64,000 nucleotides of DNA from Minisyncoccota bacterium (GCA_041657885.1 JBBABB010000002.1:25483-89482), one strand, 5' to 3'; counted from the stretch's first letter, positions 28,313 to 38,377 are shown. Numbers and translations: made by a program. Notes: generated from the sequence alone by a model not told the origin.

Positions 28313-29386
28313 TTGAATATGAATGAAAATATATTTAAAAAAGAAGATGTCGTAGAAAATCTTTCTGCTTCTCAAAAAGCAATAGAGATGGCTAAAAAAA
28401 TGAATGACCCTCGTATTTGGTCGACGGTTCTTAATAGACCTGATGTTTCTCCTAACGAGGCAATCCATCTTGTTTGTGATATAACTAGTAGCATCGACAT
28501 CAACAATATGATCGACATGATATATGTTATTTTAAATAGGGATGATGTTACACCTAAAGATGCTCTCAGACTTGCAGGAGAAGCTAATTATTATAAAGCT
28601 TGGAATCTTGCACTCGAAAGAGAAGATGTTTTAGAATTATTAAACAGGGGCCCAGTTGATGAAGTAATAGAAATCGCAAAAGAAGTCAACGACTGGAGAG
28701 TTTGGCGAACTGTACTTAGTAGGATTGATATATCTCCTGAAAAAGTTATTGAGCTAGCAGGTGTGGCAAAGGATGATGGAGATTTATGGCAGACGATACT
28801 TAATAGAGATGATGTTAACAAATTTATAAAAGAAAAAACTCCACAAGAAGTAGCTATATTAGCTAAAGAAGCAAAAAGCATCGATCTCTGGTTAAATATA
28901 ATTAATAGAAATAATCTTACCCCTCAAGAAGCTATTGCTTTTGCAAAAGAAGCGAAAGATGAAATAATCTGGAGGCATGTGCTTGACAGAGATGATATCC
29001 CTCCTCAGGAAGCTATCAATCTAGCTGAAAGTGTTAATAACCAACACACATGGAGAGGATTACTGAACAGAGATGATGTTAAAGAGTTAATCAATAAAAA
29101 GACCCCAGAAGAAGTTATTGAGATGGCAGAAAAAATCAATTATTCTGAGTTTAGCGAAATTATCTTTAAGAGAGAAGACATAAAAGAGTTAATCAATAAA
29201 AAGACCCTCGAAGAAACGATTACACTGGCGGAAAAAATTAAAAATACTGATTTATGGAAAATTGTTCTTAATAGAGCCGATATCACACCTGAAAGAAGTT
29301 TGGAATTAGCTAAAAAAATAGACCGACGTGATGTTTGGAAAGTTGTACTTGACAGAGATGATGTTCAAAAATTATTAAATGGATGA
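28313..29386 (+). CDS. Tandem-repeat protein (357 aa) with about 10 copies of a 33-aa unit W..VLNRDDV.P.EAI.LAKEAKD.
   Basis: The repeats are visible in the translation. No known family is recognised. Confidence 0.7.
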   Translation: MNMNENIFKKEDVVENLSASQKAIEMAKKMNDPRIWSTVLNRPDVSPNEAIHLVCDITSSIDINNMIDMIYVILNRDDVTPKDALRLAGEANYYKAWNLALEREDVLELLNRGPVDEVIEIAKEVNDWRVWRTVLSRIDISPEKVIELAGVAKDDGDLWQTILNRDDVNKFIKEKTPQEVAILAKEAKSIDLWLNIINRNNLTPQEAIAFAKEAKDEIIWRHVLDRDDIPPQEAINLAESVNNQHTWRGLLNRDDVKELINKKTPEEVIEMAEKINYSEFSEIIFKREDIKELINKKTLEETITLAEKIKNTDLWKIVLNRADITPERSLELAKKIDRRDVWKVVLDRDDVQKLLNG

Positions 29387-29434
29387 TTCAAAACAAAAAA
29401 CTATGAGAATTATTAATTCTCATAGTTTTTTGTT

Positions 29435-30085
29435 TTATTTCTTCTTTTGAAAAAGAGTTTCAAGTAATGCCACCTTATCTGGTTCGCCGACGAATTCAAT
29501 ATTTTGCTCAATCGGGTTTAGTTGGTGATTAAAAATATTTTTCATTTCGTCTTTATTGAAAAAATGATAATGAACACCATATTTTTGAAATTCTCCACTT
29601 TTTGAACCTTTTGGAAAAAATTCAAAAAAGTGTTGCGTCTCTCGAGAAAGAGATGTGTTTAAGTAAAATCCTCCGGGTTTCAAGACACGGCTTATTTCAC
29701 TTGCGTATTGTTCCCAATCTTCTTTATATAAATTCTCCATTAATCCAAAATCACAAACCCCATCAAAACTATCATCAGTAAAAGGAATATCTAGCGCGCT
29801 TCCTTCCACAAATTTTAATTTGCCCTCAAGTCCCCAGTTCTTTACATCTTCATTTGTTTTTTTAACTATATTACTTTCAAAATCAAGACCAATTACTCGA
29901 TAACCTGCATCAACTAATTGTTTTGCAAAAAGTCCACGTCCAGAGCCTACGTCTAAAATAAGCGCGCCTAACGGGAGTTGTTCCATAAGCATTTTCCCTC
30001 TATCTTTCATGGGAAGATGAGTCCAAATATCTGAACCAGTCCTATACGCCGTCTCAAAATATTCTTTGTGTTTGTCGTAATCCAT
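29435..30085 (-). CDS. Class I SAM-dependent methyltransferase.
   Basis: Motif I ILDVGSGRGLFAKQLVDAGYRVIGLD. Confidence 0.8.
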   Translation of the reverse strand: MDYDKHKEYFETAYRTGSDIWTHLPMKDRGKMLMEQLPLGALILDVGSGRGLFAKQLVDAGYRVIGLDFESNIVKKTNEDVKNWGLEGKLKFVEGSALDIPFTDDSFDGVCDFGLMENLYKEDWEQYASEISRVLKPGGFYLNTSLSRETQHFFEFFPKGSKSGEFQKYGVHYHFFNKDEMKNIFNHQLNPIEQNIEFVGEPDKVALLETLFQKKK

Positions 30086-30233
30086 ATGTTTATTATAACA
30101 CTACACAACAAATAAAAACACGAAGTAAAAATGTTCTCGAGCGAACCCTTTCGCAGGCTGTCGAGCCGAGAAGAGAAATTTTTCAGCAGAAAAATATTCG
30201 TGGTGAGTCCGAGAATTTTTTTATGGAGTGTTT

Positions 30234-31223
30234 TTATTTGCTATGAAATTTCTTATGCACATCTCGAAGTTGTTTATCTGTAACATGAGTATATATCTGA
30301 GTGGTTGCAATATTTGCATGGCCGAGCATCATTTGAACTGAACGGATATCGGCACCATTAGAAAGTAAATCCGTCGCAAACGAGTGGCGAATAACGTGAG
30401 GTGTAACTTTTTTTGAGATACCGGCAACTATTGCATAATATTTTACAATGCGTTCTACAGAGCGGGGAGTAAGACGATTTGTATTAGAGGTCGTACCTCT
30501 AGTGCTCCCGAGGTCCGACCTCTGATTTCTTGAATACTGTATAAATAATGGTTCATCCATATCCTTGCGAGCTTTCAGATATTCACGAATTGCATTTTTT
30601 GCAGAATCGGACAAAAACACAACTCGAACTTTTTCTCCTTTACCACGGACAGAGAATTCATCTTTGGATAAATCCAAATCTCGGTCAAGAGAGCAAAGTT
30701 CGGACAAACGTAACCCTGTTGAGAAAAACAATTCTAATATCGCTTTATCTCGTAAAATTTTCTGTGTTTTAGAGGTCAGATCTCTAGTGCTCCCGAGGTC
30801 TGACCTCTTTAATAATTCATTTGGTGCATTCAATAATCTATTGAGTTCATCAACGGATATTAAATCAAGCGAGCGCTCTTTTATTTTTGCTAGGTCTATG
30901 CGGTCGGGAGGTAGGGAAGTAATATCTCTTTTCATTAAATATTTGAGAAATGAGCGAAGGGCAATCAAGTGATAATTCTGAGTATTTTTCTTTAGTGTAC
31001 TTGATTGTTGTCCACTAACTTTTACTCCCGGCTGACGATTAAGGAACAGGCGAAATTCACGAATCTTTTCGTCAGTTATTTCTTTTGGTCCCGAAATTTT
31101 GGCAAATTCAAAAAAGCGACTTATATAATGGTCATAATTATTAACCGTTTTTAAACTATTGCCTTTCTCAATTTCAACATGTTCAAGAAATTCTCTTTTT
31201 AATTGTTCAAGTTCGGTAGTCAC
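30234..31223 (-). CDS. Tyrosine recombinase, XerC/XerD-like.
   Basis: C-terminal RHSFATDLLSNGADIRSVQMMLGHANIATTQIYTHV. Carries two in-frame palindromic family E insertions. Confidence 0.88.
   Translation of the reverse strand: MTTELEQLKREFLEHVEIEKGNSLKTVNNYDHYISRFFEFAKISGPKEITDEKIREFRLFLNRQPGVKVSGQQSSTLKKNTQNYHLIALRSFLKYLMKRDITSLPPDRIDLAKIKERSLDLISVDELNRLLNAPNELLKRSDLGSTRDLTSKTQKILRDKAILELFFSTGLRLSELCSLDRDLDLSKDEFSVRGKGEKVRVVFLSDSAKNAIREYLKARKDMDEPLFIQYSRNQRSDLGSTRGTTSNTNRLTPRSVERIVKYYAIVAGISKKVTPHVIRHSFATDLLSNGADIRSVQMMLGHANIATTQIYTHVTDKQLRDVHKKFHSK
30485..30525. repeat. Family E palindrome (AGAGGTCgtACCTCTAGTGCTCCCGAGGTCcGACCTCT), in-frame within the recombinase gene.
   Basis: Outer arms AGAGGTC..GACCTCT are a perfect inverted repeat. 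Encodes ..RSDLGSTRGTTSNT. Confidence 0.8.
30770..30812. repeat. Family E palindrome, second copy (AGAGGTCAGAtCTCTAGTGCTCCCGAGGTCTGACCTCT).
   Basis: About 90% identical to 30485-30525. Encodes ..RSDLGSTRDLTSK. Confidence 0.8.
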
Positions 31224-31560
31224 ATTTACATTATATCATCTCTCCAGTCTAATGTCGCAAAATAAAAAATCAAGCCGAACCTCGTGAGAGATTCGGCTTT
31301 TAGATTTGTTTCAAACAAAAACTTGGGCACTCAAGACCCGGACCGTTTTGATTTCGATAAGCTCTTGCAAGAAACGTTACTGGTAATGGCATGCCAGGAC
31401 TTTGACGAATTTGATGAACTCAGTTGAGCAATCATAGGACATGTCCTCCATTAAATTTTGTCCAACATTTAGGGGTGCTGGGCTTTCCCCAAAGAACTGT
31501 TTGAATCCAATGATAGTATATAGGTAATATTGGGATAAATCAAACAAAAACACAGAGAGG

Positions 31561-31589
31561 TTGCATTTATTAACAATTTGTGCTAGTAT
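31561..31589 (+). promoter_or_regulatory. Promoter of rpsO: TTGCAT-17-TAGTAT. The ATG lies only about 10 nt downstream, so the mRNA is near-leaderless.
   Basis: Hexamers at 31561-31566 and 31584-31589. ATG at 31599. Confidence 0.5.
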
Positions 31590-31598
31590 ATACTCACG

Positions 31599-31859
31599 AT
31601 GTTAACAACGAAGAAAAAGCAAAATATTATAAAAAAGAATCAGTTACACGACAAAGATACTGGTAGCCCTGAAGTGCAGATTGCTATTTTGAGCAAAAGA
31701 ATCAACGAGCTTGCTGGACACCTAAAGGAACACAAAAAAGACAACAGTTCCCGACGTGGATTGATAAAGATGGTAGCTGACCGAAGAAATCACCTCAAAC
31801 ATCTTGAAAAGACCGACAAGGAAAGATTTATGTTTGAGACCCAAAAATTAAAAGCATAA
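31599..31859 (+). CDS. rpsO: 30S ribosomal protein S15.
   Basis: [38 protein letters not shown]. Confidence 0.93.
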   Translation: MLTTKKKQNIIKKNQLHDKDTGSPEVQIAILSKRINELAGHLKEHKKDNSSRRGLIKMVADRRNHLKHLEKTDKERFMFETQKLKA

Positions 31860-31933
31860 CAAAATCTCGGCATTAGTCGGGATTTTGTTATTTAGTAAAA
31901 TAGTTGTTAATATAAAAGAAGGTCGATAATCCC

Positions 31934-32020
31934 GTAAAAATTTGATTACAAATTCACGGGATAAATTAATTTTTAAATATAAGAAAAACCCCGTAAAAAT
32001 TTGATTACAAATTCACGGGG
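31934..32020 (+). promoter_or_regulatory. Two direct copies of a 30-bp hairpin motif CCCGTAAAAATTTGATTACAAATTCACGGG immediately upstream of the NYN gene.
   Basis: Copies at 31934-31963 and about 31990-32020. Each is internally self-complementary (CCCGT..ATTTG / CAAAT..ACGGG). Confidence 0.6.
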
Positions 32021-32028
32021 CAAGTAAT

Positions 32029-32532
32029 ATGATAATAAAACACAAGGAGCAGAGAGTAGGAGTTTTTATAGATACCTCAAATCTATATCATAGTGCGAAA
32101 AATTTATATAAGAGAAAAGTAAACTTTGGAGCAGTTTTAAAAGACGCAGTAGCAGGGCGTAAACTTGTCCGCGCAATTGCATATGTTATAACAAGTGAAG
32201 GAGGTGAAGAAAAGAATTTTTTTGAAGCATTGACAAAACTTGGGATTGAAACAAAAACAAAAGAATTACAAATATTTTCAGGGGGAGTAAAAAAGGGTGA
32301 CTGGGATGTCGGACTTGCGGTTGATGTGATGAAAATGGCACCAAAGCTTGACGCTGTAATTTTAGTAGCTGGTGATGGGGACTTTGTCCCACTGGTAGAA
32401 TATTTACAAAGTACTTCAGGAGTTCAAGTAGAAGTCGTATCTTTTGGAAAGAGCGCATCTATGAAATTAAAAGAACAAGCCGATGATTTCCTAGACCTAT
32501 CAAACAATTACCGCAAATATTTAATTTACTAA
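32029..32532 (+). CDS. NYN-domain (LabA-like) protein, a putative RNase, inserted between rpsO and pnp.
   Basis: VFIDTSNLYHSAKNL, DWDVGLAVDVM, LVAGDGDFVPLV. Confidence 0.8.
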   Translation: MIIKHKEQRVGVFIDTSNLYHSAKNLYKRKVNFGAVLKDAVAGRKLVRAIAYVITSEGGEEKNFFEALTKLGIETKTKELQIFSGGVKKGDWDVGLAVDVMKMAPKLDAVILVAGDGDFVPLVEYLQSTSGVQVEVVSFGKSASMKLKEQADDFLDLSNNYRKYLIY

Positions 32533-32671
32533 ACACAAAAAACACTCTTTATTAAAAGAGTGTTTTTTGCTATAATGGAATCATTAATAATTAATTTGTT
32601 AATCTCCGGACAGTTAGAGTTGAAGCCACAAATAGGTTTCAAAACTAGGGTCTGGGGACTAGCTAAAATAT

Positions 32672-34798
32672 ATGCATAGCAAAGAATACGAAGTAGAAAT
32701 TGGTGGTAAGAAAATTACCGCATTGTTTAGTGACCTAGCTGACCAAGCAAACGGTTCAGTAATATTAAAAAGTGAGGGGACTGTGGTGATGGCAACTGCT
32801 GTCATTTCCAAGGATGGGAAAAATAATCCTGGATTTTTTAATTTGACTGTTGAGTATTTAGAAAAGTTTTATGCAGCAGGGAAAATTCTCGGCGGACAAT
32901 TCAACAAAAGAGAGGGAAGACCAAGTGACCAAGCGATATTGGCTGCTCGCATGACCGACCGCGCAATTCGTCCACTTTTTGACCACAAAATAAAAAACGC
33001 TGTCCAATTAATTATCACTGTTATCGCCATCGGTAAAGCAGACCCTAAAACTCTAGGAGTAAATGCAGCTTCTATTGCTCTCCATGTGTCAGATATTCCT
33101 TGGGCAGGCCCTGTTGGCGCAGTTCACGTAAGCAAAACAAAAGAAAATCCTACTATTCAAATTAATGATTACATTCCAAATTCTGACGAGGCAGTATACG
33201 CACTTGATTTACTTGTTTGTGGGAAAGACAAGACAATCAACATGATTGAATCAATGGCTTTTGAATTATCTGAAGAGGAAATGGGGAAATGTTTTGATTT
33301 GGCAGTAGTTGAGATAACCAAGTGGGAAGAATTTCAAAATAAATTAAGAAGTGAATTTGGTAAAACTAAAATCACCTTCGAAAAGGTAGAGACACCAAAA
33401 GAGATTGTTTCACTTTTTGAAGAAAAAATTAAATTAGAATTGGATAAAGGGTTATTCAGTAGCAAAAGTAAACAAGTTATAAATAAAACCGAAGCTGATT
33501 GGAAAAATATAATTGATGAAAAATATAAAGATGATGAAGAGGATGAAAGAAAACATGTGGCTTACGATTACATGCACCATTATCTAGATAAAAAGTTTCA
33601 TGAGAAAGCATTAAAAGAAAATATTCGTGCCGATGGACGCAAACTTGATGAGATTAGAAACCTCTACGCTAAGGCAGGAGGAATATCGGAAATTTTACAT
33701 GGTTCAGGAATATTTTATAGAGGTGAAACTCACGTAATGTCAGTTCTTACTCTTGATGGACCTGAATCAATGTACGCAATTGACGGAGTAGAAGCATCTT
33801 ATAAAAAACGCTTTATGCATCACTATAATTTCCCTCCGTACTCAAGTGGTGAAACAGGAAGAGTCGGCGGAATAAATCGCAGAGAAATGGGACATGGATT
33901 TTTGGCAGAGAAAGCTCTCACTCCGGTAATTCCAGAAAAGGCAATTTTCCCTTACACAATTCGCGTGGTTTCTGAATCAACAGCTTCAAATGGTTCTACT
34001 TCTCAAGCTTCAATCTGTGCAGCAACAATAGCTTTGATGGATGGAGGAGTACCCATCGCAAATCCCGTCGCTGGAATTTCTGTCGGTTTGATGATAGATG
34101 AAAATGACAAAAATAAATACGTTCTTCTTTCTGACATCCAAGGACCCGAAGATCACTACGGCGACATGGATTTTAAAGTTGCTGGAACTGTAAACGGAAT
34201 CACCGCAATACAACTTGATGTGAAAGTTGATGGAGTTCCTGTAAATATATTAAAAGAAGCACTAACTCGCGCACGGATTGCTCGATTGAAAATCATAGGA
34301 ACAATTCTCGCTGAAATTCCAAAACCAAGAGAATCAATTTCTCCAAATGCGCCAAAAATCCTTACCATAAAAATTAAAAAAGACCAGATTGGTACAATTA
34401 TTGGGCCGGGGGGTAAAAACATAAATGCTATTCGTGAAGAAACAGGTACAGATATCACAATAGAAGAAGATGGAACGATTTTTGTAACAGGAAAAAATGA
34501 TGGAGCGGACCGTGCAATAGTTATTATAGAGAGTATGACTCATGAATATAAAATAGGAGATATTGCCACAGGGGAAGTCGTTAAGCTTATGGATTTTGGA
34601 GCTTTTGTTCGTATTGGATATGATACCGAAGGGCTAGTTCACATATCAGAGATTGCCCCATTCCGTGTTGAGAAAGTTTCTGATATCCTTAAAGAAGGGG
34701 ACAAAGTTCCTGTGAAAATTATTAAGGTTGATGAGAGAGGACGTTTAAATTTCTCAATCAAAGAAGCGGATAAAAATTTCTTTAAACCCAAAGTTTAA
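32672..34798 (+). CDS. pnp: Polynucleotide phosphorylase.
   Basis: Two RNase PH domains, KH (IGTIIGPGGKNINAIREETG) and S1 (GEVVKLMDFGAFVRI) at the C-terminus. Confidence 0.95.
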   Translation: MHSKEYEVEIGGKKITALFSDLADQANGSVILKSEGTVVMATAVISKDGKNNPGFFNLTVEYLEKFYAAGKILGGQFNKREGRPSDQAILAARMTDRAIRPLFDHKIKNAVQLIITVIAIGKADPKTLGVNAASIALHVSDIPWAGPVGAVHVSKTKENPTIQINDYIPNSDEAVYALDLLVCGKDKTINMIESMAFELSEEEMGKCFDLAVVEITKWEEFQNKLRSEFGKTKITFEKVETPKEIVSLFEEKIKLELDKGLFSSKSKQVINKTEADWKNIIDEKYKDDEEDERKHVAYDYMHHYLDKKFHEKALKENIRADGRKLDEIRNLYAKAGGISEILHGSGIFYRGETHVMSVLTLDGPESMYAIDGVEASYKKRFMHHYNFPPYSSGETGRVGGINRREMGHGFLAEKALTPVIPEKAIFPYTIRVVSESTASNGSTSQASICAATIALMDGGVPIANPVAGISVGLMIDENDKNKYVLLSDIQGPEDHYGDMDFKVAGTVNGITAIQLDVKVDGVPVNILKEALTRARIARLKIIGTILAEIPKPRESISPNAPKILTIKIKKDQIGTIIGPGGKNINAIREETGTDITIEEDGTIFVTGKNDGADRAIVIIESMTHEYKIGDIATGEVVKLMDFGAFVRIGYDTEGLVHISEIAPFRVEKVSDILKEGDKVPVKIIKVDERGRLNFSIKEADKNFFKPKV

Positions 34799-34809
34799 AA
34801 TTTAAAAAA

Positions 34810-35712
34810 ATGGAGGAAGAAAAAAAACAACCAAATTACAAAGATGCAAAAGTTCTCAGAACTTATACTTCTGATATGGTAGATGTTATTAGAACAGATG
34901 AGGTCTCTGTAATAAAAATTGCTCTAGCAGAAAAAGAAAAGAGAGAGCGTGAGGCTATGTATAAAAAAGCAGAAGGAACAAAAACTTCAAAAATACTCCT
35001 TGTGATAGGAGGAGTAGTTTTAATTGTAGCCGCAATTATCGGGTCATACTTTTTGATTCAAAAGAAAAAAGAAAAAGATACTCCAAAGCAAGTAGCGAGT
35101 GGAGTTGAAACTTTCATTACATATAACGCGCAATCATATATTGATGTGACAAACGCAACTAATATTATTGAATTATTAGATACAATCAAGCAACAAGAGT
35201 CCGTATCTCAAGGATTGATAAAAACATTGTTTCTGACAAGAAAAACAAATAACATATCTGAGTTATTAACATCAAAAAATTTCCTTTCTTTAATTAAAAC
35301 AAGCATACCGGGAGCACTGACAAGGTCTCTATCTGATAAATATTTACTTGGAAAATATTCAAATCCAAATGCTACAAATGAGCAAGATAAATCTGCAATG
35401 TTTTTAATTTTCCAGACAACCGACTACACCCAAGCTTATGCATCTATGCTCTCTTGGGAAGGAACAATGCTGAAAGATTTGTTTATTTTATTTAATATCA
35501 ATATGGGTAAATCCGATAATACCCTTTTTGAAAAACCATGGAAAGACATTATTATAAATAATAAAGATGCTCGTGTCTTATACAATGATAATGGAGAAGC
35601 AATACTTTACTATGTTTTTGTAAATAAAAATAATCTTGTTATTACAAGTAGCACAGAGGCAATAAAAGAAATAATCTCACGATTACTCATAAAAAATGCC
35701 AAGCCTTTATAA
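34810..35712 (+). CDS. Hypothetical membrane-anchored protein (single TM, 300 aa).
   Basis: TM segment ILLVIGGVVLIVAAIIGSYFLI. Confidence 0.55.
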   Translation: MEEEKKQPNYKDAKVLRTYTSDMVDVIRTDEVSVIKIALAEKEKREREAMYKKAEGTKTSKILLVIGGVVLIVAAIIGSYFLIQKKKEKDTPKQVASGVETFITYNAQSYIDVTNATNIIELLDTIKQQESVSQGLIKTLFLTRKTNNISELLTSKNFLSLIKTSIPGALTRSLSDKYLLGKYSNPNATNEQDKSAMFLIFQTTDYTQAYASMLSWEGTMLKDLFILFNINMGKSDNTLFEKPWKDIIINNKDARVLYNDNGEAILYYVFVNKNNLVITSSTEAIKEIISRLLIKNAKPL

Positions 35713-35742
35713 GGTTGTCATTTATTATATAAATGATAATAT

Positions 35743-36108
35743 ATGGACATGATAAAAATTTACAAAACAAAATTGGAGGAGGAAAAGAAATTATTAGAAG
35801 ATGAGTTAAGTACTCTTGGCCAAATAGATAAAATGGGAGATTGGGAAGCAACACCTGAGGCTGAAATGAATAGCCAAGAAGTTCAAGATGAGGGTGATAT
35901 GGCAGAGCGGGCAGAAGATTATGAGGAACGCTCAATCAAGTTAGATTTACTCGAGTTGAGACTTTCTGATATAAACAAAGCTCTAGAAAATATTGAGAGT
36001 GGTAAATATGGAATTTGTGAAAATTGTAAAAAAGAAATCGGAAAAGATCGACTAGAAGTAAATCCCGCAGCTCGTACTTGTAAAGAGTGTATGGATAAAA
36101 TTGTTTAA
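35743..36108 (+). CDS. DksA/TraR-family C4 zinc-finger protein.
   Basis: C-terminal CENCKKEIGKDRLEVNPAARTCKEC. Confidence 0.75.
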   Translation: MDMIKIYKTKLEEEKKLLEDELSTLGQIDKMGDWEATPEAEMNSQEVQDEGDMAERAEDYEERSIKLDLLELRLSDINKALENIESGKYGICENCKKEIGKDRLEVNPAARTCKECMDKIV

Positions 36109-36153
36109 CTTTGTTAAAAATCTGAAATAATTATTTCGGGGTTTTATATTTAT

Positions 36154-37722
36154 ATGTCATTCTCAAGAATTTATTCTGCTCAAACACATTTATTAAAAGG
36201 CAAAATTGTAACTATTGAAGTTGATATTACAAAGAAAACTTTGCATTCTTTTACTTTAGTTGGACTTCCAGATAAAGCAGTCGATGAATCGAAGGATAGA
36301 ATGAGCTCGGCTTTAAAAAACTCGGGGTTTGAATCCCCTAAAAACCAAAACCAGAAAGTAGTTATATCCCTTTCTCCGGCTGATCTCAAAAAAGAAGGGC
36401 CATATTTTGATTTAGCAATTGCTCTTTCTTATCTACTTTCAGCTGAAGAAATAAATTTTGAGCCCGAGGGGAGAATTTTTCTTGGAGAGTTATCACTCAA
36501 CGGTGAACTACGACCAATAAAAGGGGCATTACCACTCACACAAGAAGCAAAGCGTCTTGGATATAAAGAAATATTTTTGCCAATAGATAACGCCCCCGAA
36601 GCAGCACTTGTGGACGAGATTACAATATATGGAGCAAAAAATTTGAAAGAGGTCATAGACCATATTTATATTATTAAAAAAGATAAGAAAGGAAATGCAC
36701 TGGAAAAAGAAAGACCTAAAATATCTTCCTTCCCAAAAACTGAAATTATCCACAAAGAAAAAACAGGCAATATTGATTTCTCTGATATTAAAGGCCAAGA
36801 AGGAGCGAAACGTGGATTAGAAATTGCAGCGAGCGGTGGGCACAATATAGCAATGTCGGGTCCTCCGGGAACTGGGAAAACAATGCTGGCTAGAGTTTTC
36901 TCTCAAATACTTCCAGATTTGGATAAAGATGATTGCCTTGAAATTACGGGGATACATTCTGTCGTTGGATTATTAGAAGATGCGATTATCACAGACCCAC
37001 CATTTAGAGCTCCACATCACACTGCAAGCTATGTCTCAATGATCGGTGGTGGAGCAAATCCAAAACCAGGAGAGGTAACTCTGGCTCATAGAGGAGTATT
37101 ATTCCTTGATGAATTTCCAGAGTTTGAGAAAAGAGTTTTAGAATCACTTCGTCAGCCACTTGAAGATAATATTGTTTCAATTTCACGTGCTCGAGGGTCT
37201 GCAATTTTTCCATCAAATTTTATTTTAGTTGCGGCAATGAATCCTTGTCCGTGTGGAAACAAGGGCAACAAACAAAAAGAATGTATCTGTAAGCAAGGAG
37301 ACCTTGACCGTTATAAAAGAAAACTTTCAGGTCCTATTATGGATCGCATAGATATCTGGGTTACCGTCGGGAATGTGGATTATGAAAAACTTTCAAGTGA
37401 ATTACAAGAAGGAGAGAAGACAAATACAATAAAAGAAAGAGTTAAAAAAGCTCGTGATATACAAATAAAAAGATTCAAAAATTCTCCAAGAAAAATAAAT
37501 ACAAACAGCGAAATGAATGTTAAAGAGCTTAATCTTTACGCACCGCTTACTGATGAGATAAAAAAACTGTTAAACCAAAGTGCTGAACGACTCCAGCTCT
37601 CCGCTCGTGCGTATCATCGCACTATCAAACTCGCCCGTACCATCGCTGACTTAGAAGGAAGTGTAAATATAACACAGTCACATATACTTGAAGCACTACA
37701 ATATCGTCCACGCGAAAATTAA
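36154..37722 (+). CDS. YifB/ComM-family Mg-chelatase-like AAA+ ATPase.
   Basis: N-terminal Lon-like domain, Walker A GPPGTGKTMLA, Walker B LFLDEFPEF. Confidence 0.9.
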   Translation: MSFSRIYSAQTHLLKGKIVTIEVDITKKTLHSFTLVGLPDKAVDESKDRMSSALKNSGFESPKNQNQKVVISLSPADLKKEGPYFDLAIALSYLLSAEEINFEPEGRIFLGELSLNGELRPIKGALPLTQEAKRLGYKEIFLPIDNAPEAALVDEITIYGAKNLKEVIDHIYIIKKDKKGNALEKERPKISSFPKTEIIHKEKTGNIDFSDIKGQEGAKRGLEIAASGGHNIAMSGPPGTGKTMLARVFSQILPDLDKDDCLEITGIHSVVGLLEDAIITDPPFRAPHHTASYVSMIGGGANPKPGEVTLAHRGVLFLDEFPEFEKRVLESLRQPLEDNIVSISRARGSAIFPSNFILVAAMNPCPCGNKGNKQKECICKQGDLDRYKRKLSGPIMDRIDIWVTVGNVDYEKLSSELQEGEKTNTIKERVKKARDIQIKRFKNSPRKINTNSEMNVKELNLYAPLTDEIKKLLNQSAERLQLSARAYHRTIKLARTIADLEGSVNITQSHILEALQYRPREN

Positions 37723-37749
37723 ATCGCAAATTAATCTTAAAAACATATC

Positions 37750-37785
37750 TGTAACACTTGCCAACGGGTGTAGGCATCTGTTACA
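37750..37785. promoter_or_regulatory. 36-bp palindromic site TGTAACACTTGCCAACGGGTGTAGGCATCTGTTACA immediately upstream of the PaaX-like gene.
   Basis: Arms TGTAACA/TGTTACA. A 34/36-identical direct copy lies at 38378-38413. Confidence 0.65.
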
Positions 37786-37793
37786 CTAAACAA

Positions 37794-38357
37794 ATGATGA
37801 AATTCAAAAAAGAGAACCTACAACATGGAGCTCAAACTTTAGGAAATATATTACTGGCGAGCGTCGCTATTGCTGGAATAGCAGGTGTCGCAGTTTTTGC
37901 TCCAAATGCAATGCAAATAATTAAATACGTAATTCCCGAGGATGATATAAAACGTCACTATAAATATCGAATAAATAGTAGTCTAAAAAAACTAATCACT
38001 AATGGATATCTAGTAGAGAAAATTGTTAATAATAAAAAGGTTATTGTGCTTACTAATAAAGGTAAATTACGCTATGAATCTCTTAAAGAACATAAAAATC
38101 AAAAATGGGATGGTAAGTGGAGGGTTGTATCTTTTGATGTTTATGAAAAAAATAGAAAGAAGAGAGATTTACTACGTCAAGAACTTCAAGCATATGGATT
38201 TCAAATGATGCATCAAAGTATGTGGATATATCCTTATCCTTGCGATGAATATATAGCATTATTAAAGTCAAATTTATCCTTTGGAAAAAATGTTCAATAT
38301 ATGTTAGTTGATTATGTAGATATGCACATTGAGCTGAAAAGAATGTTCGATTTATAA
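37794..38357 (+). CDS. PaaX-like transcriptional regulator (wHTH plus C-terminal domain).
   Basis: WDGKWRVVSFDVYEKNRKKRDLLRQELQAYGFQMMHQSMWIYP matches the PaaX W.G.W..V.....E.R..R..LR..L...GF......W..P pattern. The ORF track's 37758 start is a TTG inside the palindrome. ATG 37794 is preferred. Confidence 0.65.
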   Translation: MMKFKKENLQHGAQTLGNILLASVAIAGIAGVAVFAPNAMQIIKYVIPEDDIKRHYKYRINSSLKKLITNGYLVEKIVNNKKVIVLTNKGKLRYESLKEHKNQKWDGKWRVVSFDVYEKNRKKRDLLRQELQAYGFQMMHQSMWIYPYPCDEYIALLKSNLSFGKNVQYMLVDYVDMHIELKRMFDL

Positions 38358-38377
38358 ATAAATCAAACTTAAACAAG

